Below, in pieces: positions 19,902-28,072 of a stretch of DNA of 64,000 nucleotides. Location of the stretch: contig UQZM01000001.1 of NCBI GenBank assembly GCA_900545615.1, positions 40,150 through 104,149 of the forward strand, in the 5' to 3' direction. A program made the position numbers and the translations under genes. The stretch's first letter is position 1; each line of letters begins with the position of its first letter. A model generated the notes under the pieces. The model saw nothing but the letters and a program-made list of their open reading frames with translations. It had not been told where the DNA came from and did not search any database. Origin of the DNA: an uncultured Collinsella sp. GTDB taxonomy: Bacteria; Actinomycetota; Coriobacteriia; Coriobacteriales; Coriobacteriaceae.

Positions 19902-21851
19902 ATGGAGTCATCCGCCTACCCGATGCTCTTTAGCCCGATCAAGGTCGGTACGACCGAGGTCAAGAACCGCGTCTTTATGCCGCCGGTGTCCACGAACCTG
20001 GCCGATCATGGCTATGTGACCGACGATTTGGTCGATCATTACCGTGCCCGCGCCAAGGGCGGCGTGGGCCTGATCATCACCGAGGTCGTGACGGTCGAGC
20101 CCACCTATACCTATCTGCCGGGTGACATGTGCTGCTACGACGATACGTTTATCCCCGGCTGGGAAAAGCTCGCCGCGGCCGTCCACGAGTACGGCTGCAA
20201 GATCATGCCGCAGCTCTTCCACCCCGCTTACATGGCCTTTAACATTCCGGGCACGCCGCGCCTGATCGCTCCGTCTTTTGTGGGCCCGTCCTATGCCCGC
20301 GAGGCACCGCGCCCCATCACGGTCGACGAGATTCACGAGCTCACGCATCAGTTTGGCGACGCTGCCGTTCGTATGCAGAAGGCTGGCGTCGATGGCGTTG
20401 AAGTCCATGCGGCACACGCCCACGGCATGCTCGGCGGCTTTTTGACTCCGCTCTACAACAAGCGTACCGACGAGTATGGTGGCTCGCTCGACGCCCGTAT
20501 GCGCTTTTTGCTCGAGGTCATCGCCGAGATTCGTGAGCGCTGCGGCAAGGACTTCATCATCGACGTTCGTATCTCGGGCGATGAGTACACCGATGGCGGC
20601 CTGACCCTCAACGACATGATCTATGTCTCGCGTCGCTTGGAGAAGGCCGGCGTCGACATGATTCACGTGTCGGGCGGTACCACCATCAAGCGCGGCTCCG
20701 CAATTCCCGCCGCCGGTACCCAGCAGGCCTCGCATGCCGCCTGCTCGCGCGAGATCAAAAAGCACGTCAACATTCCCGTCGCCACCGTCGGTCGCATTAA
20801 CGAGGCCTGGATCGCCGAGGAGCTGATCGAGGACGGCGCTGCCGACATCTGCATGATGGGCCGCGCCAATCTGTGCGATGCCGAGTTCTGCAATAAGGCC
20901 GCTGCCGGCAACGCCGACGATATCCGCCCCTGCATTGGCTGCCTGCGCTGCCTGAACGGCATTATGTTTGGCAAGCGTATCTCCTGCACCGTCAACCCCG
21001 ATGTTGAGCGCGACGAGGCCGGTTACGAGCCTGCCGCCGAGGCCAAGAACGTACTGGTTGTGGGCGCTGGTCCTGCGGGCATGGAGGCGGCGTTCATTGC
21101 CGCCAAGCGCGGCCACAACGTGGTGCTCGTGGACAAGCAGGACGAACCGGGCGGCGAGATGCGCATCGCGGCCGTTCCGCCGGCAAAGCAGGAGCTCACC
21201 CGCGTGATCAAGTATCAGTATCGTCGCCTGGCCGAGGCCGGCGTGAAGTGCGTATTTGGCACCGAGCTTACTGCCGAGGACATTCAGCGCGACTACGCCG
21301 GGTATGAGGTTGTCCTGGCCTATGGCGCCGAGCCTATCGCTCCGGCCTTTATGCGGGGCTTTAAGCAGGTCATGACGGCTGACGACCTGCTGGGCGGCAA
21401 TGCCTTCCCGGGCAAGAAGATCGTCATCGTGGGCGGCGGCACCGTCGGCTGCGAGACGGCCGACTATCTGGCTCCGCTGGTCAACGACCTGTCGCCGGCA
21501 AACCGCGACGTCACCGTCATCGAGATGACCAAGACGCTCGCCGCCAACGAAGGTGGCGCCGGTCGCGCGGTGCTCATCACGCGCATGCTCTCCAAGGGCG
21601 TCCACGTGCTGACCGAGGCCAAGGTGACCGAGATTACCGAGGATGCCATCAGCTATGAGAAGGATGGCGAGATCCACACCATCGCCGATGCCGATACGCT
21701 GGTGCTTGCCATGGGTTATCGTCCCAATACCAAGCTGGCCGACGACCTTGCCGCTGCCGGCGTTGCCACCCACGTGCTGGGCGATGCCAACAAGTGCGGC
21801 AACATCCGCGATGCCATCGGCGATGGCTACAAGGTTGCCTGCGAACTCTAG
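19902..21851 (+). CDS. NADH:flavin oxidoreductase of the OYE/2-enoate-reductase/2,4-dienoyl-CoA-reductase type (FMN TIM barrel, 4Fe-4S, C-terminal FAD/NAD(P) domain)
   Basis: The N-terminal barrel is OYE-like. It has a CIGCLRC Cys cluster and GAGPAG plus GGGTVG dinucleotide folds. RBS aaaggaa precedes the ATG at 19902. Confidence 0.8.
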   Translation: MESSAYPMLFSPIKVGTTEVKNRVFMPPVSTNLADHGYVTDDLVDHYRARAKGGVGLIITEVVTVEPTYTYLPGDMCCYDDTFIPGWEKLAAAVHEYGCKIMPQLFHPAYMAFNIPGTPRLIAPSFVGPSYAREAPRPITVDEIHELTHQFGDAAVRMQKAGVDGVEVHAAHAHGMLGGFLTPLYNKRTDEYGGSLDARMRFLLEVIAEIRERCGKDFIIDVRISGDEYTDGGLTLNDMIYVSRRLEKAGVDMIHVSGGTTIKRGSAIPAAGTQQASHAACSREIKKHVNIPVATVGRINEAWIAEELIEDGAADICMMGRANLCDAEFCNKAAAGNADDIRPCIGCLRCLNGIMFGKRISCTVNPDVERDEAGYEPAAEAKNVLVVGAGPAGMEAAFIAAKRGHNVVLVDKQDEPGGEMRIAAVPPAKQELTRVIKYQYRRLAEAGVKCVFGTELTAEDIQRDYAGYEVVLAYGAEPIAPAFMRGFKQVMTADDLLGGNAFPGKKIVIVGGGTVGCETADYLAPLVNDLSPANRDVTVIEMTKTLAANEGGAGRAVLITRMLSKGVHVLTEAKVTEITEDAISYEKDGEIHTIADADTLVLAMGYRPNTKLADDLAAAGVATHVLGDANKCGNIRDAIGDGYKVACEL

Positions 21852-21931
21852 TCAACCCCTTGGTGCATGGGGGTCAGGCTACTTTGCACCAACTTGGTGC
21901 ATGTAAACCTGACCCCATTGCACCAGTCGAT

Positions 21932-21980
21932 AGCAAAAAACGGCGGCCGTCCCGTGTTGGGGCGGCCGCCGTTTGCGTTC
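21932..21980. terminator. Bidirectional terminator between convergent flavoreductase and dhuI-like genes
   Basis: aaaaaacggcggccg...cggccgccgtttgcg hairpin, with an A-run on one side and a T-run on the other. Confidence 0.55.
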
Positions 21981-21999
21981 GCTGCGATGGGTCGTGCGA

Positions 22000-22641
22000 T
22001 TAGAGACCCAGGAGCTCCTTGACCTTGGCGATGATTGCCTCGTCGGTGGCGTTGGCGAAGAAGTACTCCTGGAAGTGCTCGCCAGCCAGGGCACCCTTGA
22101 CCAGGTCCTGGTCGATCTCGCCCAGGACGTCGACGAGCGGACGCATGGTCACAGCGCGGACGCCGTCGAGGATCTTCTTGTTGCGCTGCTCGGGCTCAAC
22201 GCGCTCGGCAGGATAGCCGTTGCCCGAGCCGAAGCCGAAGAGCTTCTCGAAGGTGTACTCGAGGTTGAGCTCCTGGCCCCAGCCGTTCTTGAGGGCGAAG
22301 GGCATGGCGACGGCGTTACCATCGTTGACCTGGGCAAAGGTGTAGGCATCCAGCGGGTCGGCGACATGGCCGCACAGAACACCGGGGAAGGAGTTGCAGG
22401 CGAGCATGGCGCCCTCGCCGGTGCCGCAGCCGGTCACGACATAGTCGGCAGCGCCTGAGTTGAGCAGCACGGCGGCGAGGATGCCGTTCTGAACGTAGGT
22501 GAGCGGCTTGGAGTCGGCATCGGCATACATACCGTAGTTAAAGACGGTGTGGCCCATGGGCTCGACAACCTTCTTAAGGGCAGCCTCGATCATGGGGTTC
22601 TTGGAGTTCTGAGAGTTCTCGTTGATGAGAGCGATCTTCAT
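22000..22641 (-). CDS. RpiB/LacA/LacB-family sugar isomerase, DhuI-like 4-deoxy-L-threo-5-hexosulose-uronate ketol-isomerase candidate
   Basis: 213 aa RpiB fold with a C-terminal extension. Sits in an operon with a KduD/DhuD-like SDR. Assignment is by family resemblance. Confidence 0.6.
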   Translation of the reverse strand: MKIALINENSQNSKNPMIEAALKKVVEPMGHTVFNYGMYADADSKPLTYVQNGILAAVLLNSGAADYVVTGCGTGEGAMLACNSFPGVLCGHVADPLDAYTFAQVNDGNAVAMPFALKNGWGQELNLEYTFEKLFGFGSGNGYPAERVEPEQRNKKILDGVRAVTMRPLVDVLGEIDQDLVKGALAGEHFQEYFFANATDEAIIAKVKELLGL

Positions 22642-22664
22642 AGCGAAGTACCTTTCCTATTTCT

Positions 22665-22733
22665 AACTTGCGGTGAAATAGTTCCTATTCGTCCCGATGA
22701 TGGCCTATTCAGGAACTATTTCACCGCAACTAC
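22665..22733. repeat. Palindromic repeat, AGTTGCGGTGAAATA family (copy c)
   Basis: Perfect 19-bp arms ttgcggtgaaatagttcct / aggaactatttcaccgcaa. Starts 20 bp upstream of the isomerase start codon. Confidence 0.7.
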
Positions 22734-22872
22734 TAAATGAACCTAAATGTGGGAGCGCGGTGAGCGAGCGGGCTTGAGACGGAGCAGGTTGCCTTGAAAG
22801 AGGAGGGAAGCGTACTTGGGTACGCGACCGACGATTGAAAGGCAAGATGCCCGTCTCAAGCCCGCGCAGCGC

Positions 22873-23682
22873 CTACTGGGGCTGCTTGCCGATGTATGCG
22901 AGGATGCCGCCGTCGACGTAGAGGATGTGGCCGTTGACGAAGTTCGAGGCGTCGGAAGCCAGGAACACGGCGGGGCCCTTCAGGTCCTCGGGCGTGCCCC
23001 AACGGGCGGCCGGGGTCTTGGCGATGATGAACTGGTCAAACGGGTGACGGCTGCCATCGGGCTGCGTCTCGCGCAGCGGCGCGGTCTGCGGCGTGGCGAT
23101 ATAGCCAGGCCCAATGCCGTTGCACTGGATGTTGGCCTCGCCAAACTCGGAGCAGATATTCTTGGTGAGCATCTTGAGTCCGCCCTTGGCAGCGGCGTAG
23201 CCAGCGATGGTCTCGCGGCCAAGCTCGCTCATCATCGAGCAGATGTTGATGATCTTGCCGTGACCCTTGGCGATCATGCCGGGCAGGCAGGTCTTGGAGA
23301 CGATGAACGGGGCGTTAAGATCGATGTCGACGACGCGACGGAAGTCCTCGGCGCTCATGTCGAGCATGGGGGTGCGCTGGATAACACCTGCATTGTTGAC
23401 CAGGATGTCGGGCGTGGTGCCAAAATCGGCCTCGATCTTGGCGACGAGCTCGGCGACGACGGCCTCGTCAGTGACATCGGCCACGTAGCCGTGAGCCTCA
23501 AAGCCCAGCTCGCGGTAGTGCTTCTCGGCCTCGGCGACCTTGTCGGCGTGGCGGGCGTTAAAGGCGATCTTGGCGCCGGCCTCGCCGAGCGCCTCGGCAA
23601 TGGCCATGCCAATGCCGTAGGTGGCGCCGGTCACGAGTGCGACCTTGCCATCCAGGCGGAAGCTGTCCATAAGATCAGACAT
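22873..23682 (-). CDS. SDR-family reductase, KduD/DhuD-like 2-dehydro-3-deoxy-D-gluconate 5-dehydrogenase candidate
   Basis: GKVALVTGATYGIG Rossmann motif and YxxxK. RBS gaaagga precedes the internal Met. The track's start is 9 codons upstream. Confidence 0.7.
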   Translation of the reverse strand: MSDLMDSFRLDGKVALVTGATYGIGMAIAEALGEAGAKIAFNARHADKVAEAEKHYRELGFEAHGYVADVTDEAVVAELVAKIEADFGTTPDILVNNAGVIQRTPMLDMSAEDFRRVVDIDLNAPFIVSKTCLPGMIAKGHGKIINICSMMSELGRETIAGYAAAKGGLKMLTKNICSEFGEANIQCNGIGPGYIATPQTAPLRETQPDGSRHPFDQFIIAKTPAARWGTPEDLKGPAVFLASDASNFVNGHILYVDGGILAYIGKQPQ

Positions 23683-23786
23683 AGCGATCCTTTCAAAAGA
23701 AACGTTCATCTATATAAGTCTTGCTTTTAATACAAGCTCAGTATAGGAGAAGAGGAGGAATTGACGCCCCTATTCTCCTAAAAATA

Positions 23787-23800
23787 GGTGAACGTTCACT
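23787..23800. promoter_or_regulatory. Operator GGTGAACGTTCACt (one mismatch) in the SDR gene promoter
   Basis: Same palindrome as at uxaC. A half-site, aggtgaacgg, follows 8 bp downstream. Confidence 0.5.
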
Positions 23801-23840
23801 TTTAAAAGGTGAACGGTTGAAATCGGTTGTCGCGATGCCC

Positions 23841-24533
23841 TTACTCGCTTTTCGCCATCGCGCCTTCCGCGATCATGTTGCGGTTGTAGACCAGGTGCAG
23901 ATACATGGCGTCGTGCGCGGCGGTGGGGTTGCGTGCCTCGATGGCGTCGGCCACGCCGCGGTGCGTGCGGATGGTCTCCTCGACGAGCTTTTTGCCCGTT
24001 ACGTCGATAAAGAGGGGAACGGATGCCTTGAGCACACCCATCAGGCGAGGGACGACGAGGTTGCCGCAGCTCTCGGCAATGGCGTTGTGGAAAGCGGTGT
24101 CGGCGGCAGAGTAGTCCTCGCCGGCCTCGGCCAGGCGCTGGGACTCATCGCAGAGCTCGCGGATGCACATAATCTGATCTTCGGTCGCGTGCTCGGCGGC
24201 CATGCTCGCCATCTGCGGCTCGATCATAAAGCGCACCTCGAGCAGGTCGCGCGCCAGGCGCTGCTTGTCGCCGATAAAGGTAAAGCCCAGCGGGTCGTCG
24301 GCAACGCCAGGGTTCGAGGCCACGTACGTGCCCGAACCCTGCTTAATGCGCACGATGTTGCGCGACTGCAGCAGCTTCATGGCCTCGCGCACGGTACTTC
24401 TGCCGGCACCCAGGCGCTCAACGAGCACGGCCTCCTTGGGCAGGCGATCGCCTTGCTCAAGGTGCTCATCAAGAATCAATTGAATGATTTTCTCGGAAAT
24501 CTGCTCGGGGAGTCCCGATTCGGCGCGGGCCAT
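23841..24533 (-). CDS. GntR-family (FadR/FCD subfamily) transcriptional regulator
   Basis: N-terminal winged HTH (SEKIIQLILDEHLEQGDRLP...STVREAMKLL) plus an FCD domain. RBS gagagg before the internal Met. Confidence 0.8.
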   Translation of the reverse strand: MARAESGLPEQISEKIIQLILDEHLEQGDRLPKEAVLVERLGAGRSTVREAMKLLQSRNIVRIKQGSGTYVASNPGVADDPLGFTFIGDKQRLARDLLEVRFMIEPQMASMAAEHATEDQIMCIRELCDESQRLAEAGEDYSAADTAFHNAIAESCGNLVVPRLMGVLKASVPLFIDVTGKKLVEETIRTHRGVADAIEARNPTAAHDAMYLHLVYNRNMIAEGAMAKSE

Positions 24534-24766
24534 AGTTATACCTCTCATCGCAAAATTCATCTGAGCTATTTTAGCGCATCACAGATGCGATACTGGCGGT
24601 TCGTCCCAATCGAGCGGCTTATATATACCGTTCGCAGCGTAAATTCGCCCGTTCGCCAAATACATCAGATGTATTTCGAACAAATTTCAAAATGAAACAT
24701 CAGACCTTTTCAAAACACGCTATAGTCATCAGACGAATTTAAAAGGTCTGATGAATTGGAGGAAAG

Positions 24767-26128
24767 ATGTCAGACCCAACGTTTATGGCAGACCCCACCA
24801 GGCTGGTCATCGCCGCCATCGTGGGCATCGCGCTGCTGCTTGCGCTCATCATCAAGTTCAAGCTGCACCCCGTGCTGTCGATGATGGTTTCGGCGCTTGC
24901 GATCGGCATCGGTGCCGGCATGCCGCTCGACCTGGTGGCCGATACCGTCACCAAGGGCGTGGGCACCACGCTGCAAAACATCGCACTGCTCATTGGCCTG
25001 GGCTCGATGTTCGGCCAGATCCTGGAGGAGAGCGGCGGCGCCAAGAAGATCGCCCAGACCTTCATTGACACCTTTGGTCAGGGTCACTCCAGCTGGGCGC
25101 TGGGCATCACCGGCTTGGTCATTGGCACCACGGTGTTCTTCGAGGCCGGCGTGGTCGTTTTGATCCCGCTTGCGTTTAGCGTGGCATCGCAGACCAAGAA
25201 GTCGACCCTCTACTATGGCATCGCCCTGCTCGCGGGACTGGCAGCCGGCTATGCCTTCGTGCCGCCTTCGGCCGGTTCGGTCCTCGTCGCCGGTACGCTC
25301 GGCGTCGACCTGGGCACCATGATTCTCGTCGGCATCCCCACCGCCTTTATCGCCATGGCTGTCGCCGGTGTCGTCTGGGGCCGCAACGTGGGTGGCCGCA
25401 TCTTCACGGACGTCCCCGAGCACTTCACCTCCGCCGAGGGCGCGAGCGACGACAAGGAGCTTCCCTCCTTTGGCATGGTTCTTGCCATCGTGCTCACCCC
25501 GCTGTGCCTGATTCTGCTGGGCACGCTGTCCTCGTACATCCCCATGCCCGCCGAGGTCGCCTCGATTCTCGCCTTCCTGGGCAAGCCGTTCGTCGCGCTC
25601 ACCATCGCCACACTTGTCGCCATGTACCTGCTGGGCGCTCGTCGCGGCTACACCGGTGCCGAACTCAAAGCCCTGCTCGACCGTTCGCTCAAGCCCGTCG
25701 GCATGATCTTGTTGGTTATTGCCTGTGGCGGCGTCATCCGCTGGATGCTGCAGGACTGCGGTCTGGGCCAGGTTATCGGGCCCGTGCTCGAGAGCTGCCC
25801 GCTGCCCCTTGTGGTCGTCGGCTTCCTCATCGCCGCGCTCGTTCGCGCCTCGGTCGGTAGCTCCATCGTTTCGATGACTATGGCCTCGGGCATCATGGCC
25901 GCCATGCCTGCGGTCGCCGGCGCCTCGGTGCTCATGCGTGCCGCCATCTGCCTTGCCATCTGCGGCGGCGCCACGGCGCTCTCGCACGTCAACGATGCCG
26001 GCTTCTGGATGTGCTCCTCGTTCCTCGAGATCGATGAGAAGACCACTCTCAAGTCCTGGACCATCATGGAGACGATCATCGGTCTTTCCGGCCTCGCCTG
26101 CGCCCTGGTGATCTCGTTCTTCGCCTAA
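24767..26128 (+). CDS. GntP-family sugar-acid:H+ symporter
   Basis: 453 aa, GntP permease topology. RBS ggaggaaag. Confidence 0.8.
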   Translation: MSDPTFMADPTRLVIAAIVGIALLLALIIKFKLHPVLSMMVSALAIGIGAGMPLDLVADTVTKGVGTTLQNIALLIGLGSMFGQILEESGGAKKIAQTFIDTFGQGHSSWALGITGLVIGTTVFFEAGVVVLIPLAFSVASQTKKSTLYYGIALLAGLAAGYAFVPPSAGSVLVAGTLGVDLGTMILVGIPTAFIAMAVAGVVWGRNVGGRIFTDVPEHFTSAEGASDDKELPSFGMVLAIVLTPLCLILLGTLSSYIPMPAEVASILAFLGKPFVALTIATLVAMYLLGARRGYTGAELKALLDRSLKPVGMILLVIACGGVIRWMLQDCGLGQVIGPVLESCPLPLVVVGFLIAALVRASVGSSIVSMTMASGIMAAMPAVAGASVLMRAAICLAICGGATALSHVNDAGFWMCSSFLEIDEKTTLKSWTIMETIIGLSGLACALVISFFA

Positions 26129-26306
26129 TCGCAAGCCAGCGCTTTGCATCAGCACGTCACATTAATCGATACCAAACCAAGTAAGCCTTAAACCAAAGGA
26201 GTACACCATAGACGAGAAGACCAAAGAGCAGATTCAGCAGGAGGCCGCCGAGCTGGTTGCCAAGCTGCAGCCGCGTTCTGGTAAGTTCCGCACCATCAGC
26301 CCCGAG

Positions 26307-27986
26307 ATGGACCCGCTGCGTCTGGGCTCTGGCTGGTCCATCGAGGATCTGGACAAGCCGCAGGTCATTATCGAGTCGACGTTCGGCGACTCGCACCCGG
26401 GTTCTGCCGGCCTGTTTGAGCTGGTCGAGGAGGTCCGTGCTGGCGTTGCCGAGGCTGGCGGTCACGGTGCCCGTTACTTCTGCACCGATATCTGCGACGG
26501 CGAGGCCCAGGGCCACGACGGCATCAACTACTCGCTGCCCAGCCGCGACATGATCGCCAACATGATCGAGATCCACGCCAAGGCCACCCCGTTCGATGCC
26601 GGCGTCTTTGTCGCCAGCTGCGATAAGGGCCTGCCTGCGAACCTCATGGCCATGGGCCGCATCAACATCCCCTCCATCGTCGTTACCGGCGGTGTCATGG
26701 ATGCCGGTCCCGATCTGTTGACCCTGGAGCAGCTCGGCGCGATTTCTGCCCGTTACGAGCGCGGCGAGATCTCCCGCGAGGAGCTTGAGTTTGCCAAGCA
26801 CAACGCATGCCCCAGCTGCGGCGCCTGCTCGTTTATGGGCACCGCGTCGACCATGCAGGTTACCGCCGAGGCCCTGGGCCTTATGCTCCCCGGCACGGCC
26901 CTGCTGCCCGCTACCAGCTCCGACCTGCGTGAGTTTGCGCGCGAGGCCGGCCGCCAGTCCGTGTGGCTCTCCGAGCACAACCTGTGCCCCCGCGACATCG
27001 TGACCAAGGAGTCCTTCGAGAACCTCATCATGGTCCACGGCGCCATCTCCGGTTCCACCAACTCGCTGCTGCACATCCCCGCGATCGCCCGCGAGTTTGG
27101 CATCGAGATGTCCGCCGACGACTTCGATCGCCTGCACCGTGGCGCCCACTACCTGCTCAACGTCCGTCCCGCAGGCGAGTGGCCGGCGCAGTTCTTCTAC
27201 TATGCGGGCGGCGTGCCGCGCATCATGGAGGAGATCAAGTCGATGCTCCACCTCGACGTTATGACCGTCACCGGCAAGACCCTCGGCGAGAACCTCGAGG
27301 ACCTCAAGAACAACGGTTACTACGAAAAGTGCGGCCGCTACCTGGAGAAGTGGAACCTCAAGCGCGAGGACATCATCCGCCCGTTCGACCAGGCCTTTGG
27401 CACCGATGGTTCCATCGCCATCCTTCACGGCAACCTTGCCCCCGAGGGCGCCGTCGTCAAGCACACCGTCGTTCCGCGTGAGATGTTCCAGGCTACGCTC
27501 AAGGCCCGTCCGTTCGACTGTGAGGAGGACGCTATCCACGCCGTTCTGACGCACGAGGTCAAGCCCGGCGACGCCGTCATCATTCGCTACGAGGGCCCCA
27601 AGGGTTCCGGCATGCCCGAGATGTTCTACACCACCGAGGCTATCGCCAGCGACCCCGAACTCGGCGCTTCCATTGCCCTGATCACCGACGGCCGCTTCTC
27701 CGGTGCCTCCAAGGGCCCGGCTATCGGTCACGTTTCGCCCGAGGCTGCCGTGGGCGGTCCGATTGCCCTGATCGAGGAGGGCGACCTTATCCAGATCAAC
27801 ATCCCCGAGCGCTCGCTGTCCATCGTGGGCATCGCCGGTAAGGAGATGGAGCCGACCGAGGTCGACGCCGTTCTGGCCGAGCGCCGCGCCGCTTGGAAGC
27901 CCAAGGCTAACCGCTATACCTTCGGCACGCTCAAGTTCTTTACCGAGCATGCAGTTTCCGCCATCCAGGGTGGCTACATGGAGTAG
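26307..27986 (+). CDS. IlvD/EDD-family sugar-acid dehydratase; true N-terminus is upstream of this ATG (see findings)
   Basis: SLPSRD, the CDK Fe-S Cys region, and the C-terminal GRFSGAS and GHVSPEA motifs of the IlvD/EDD family. The upstream in-frame peptide continues the homology. Confidence 0.75.
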   Translation: MDPLRLGSGWSIEDLDKPQVIIESTFGDSHPGSAGLFELVEEVRAGVAEAGGHGARYFCTDICDGEAQGHDGINYSLPSRDMIANMIEIHAKATPFDAGVFVASCDKGLPANLMAMGRINIPSIVVTGGVMDAGPDLLTLEQLGAISARYERGEISREELEFAKHNACPSCGACSFMGTASTMQVTAEALGLMLPGTALLPATSSDLREFAREAGRQSVWLSEHNLCPRDIVTKESFENLIMVHGAISGSTNSLLHIPAIAREFGIEMSADDFDRLHRGAHYLLNVRPAGEWPAQFFYYAGGVPRIMEEIKSMLHLDVMTVTGKTLGENLEDLKNNGYYEKCGRYLEKWNLKREDIIRPFDQAFGTDGSIAILHGNLAPEGAVVKHTVVPREMFQATLKARPFDCEEDAIHAVLTHEVKPGDAVIIRYEGPKGSGMPEMFYTTEAIASDPELGASIALITDGRFSGASKGPAIGHVSPEAAVGGPIALIEEGDLIQINIPERSLSIVGIAGKEMEPTEVDAVLAERRAAWKPKANRYTFGTLKFFTEHAVSAIQGGYME

Positions 27987-28030
27987 CGCCCGTGCGCATC
28001 GAATTTTTCCTCTCATAGATGCGTGGCACA

Positions 28031-28070
28031 AAGAGCCCCGAGTTCATACGAGCTCGGGGCTCTTTTCGTT
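28031..28070 (+). terminator. Rho-independent terminator after dehydratase gene
   Basis: aagagccccgag...ctcggggctctt stem followed by ttcgttt. Confidence 0.6.
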
Positions 28071-28072
28071 TG

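Noticed and set aside
22816-23730. 304-aa plus-strand ORF overlapping the SDR gene; similarly 23721..24695 over the GntR gene and 24770..26155 (minus) over the GntP gene
   Set aside because: These are antisense frames lacking motifs. The opposite strands carry the Rossmann/YxxxK, HTH and permease signatures.
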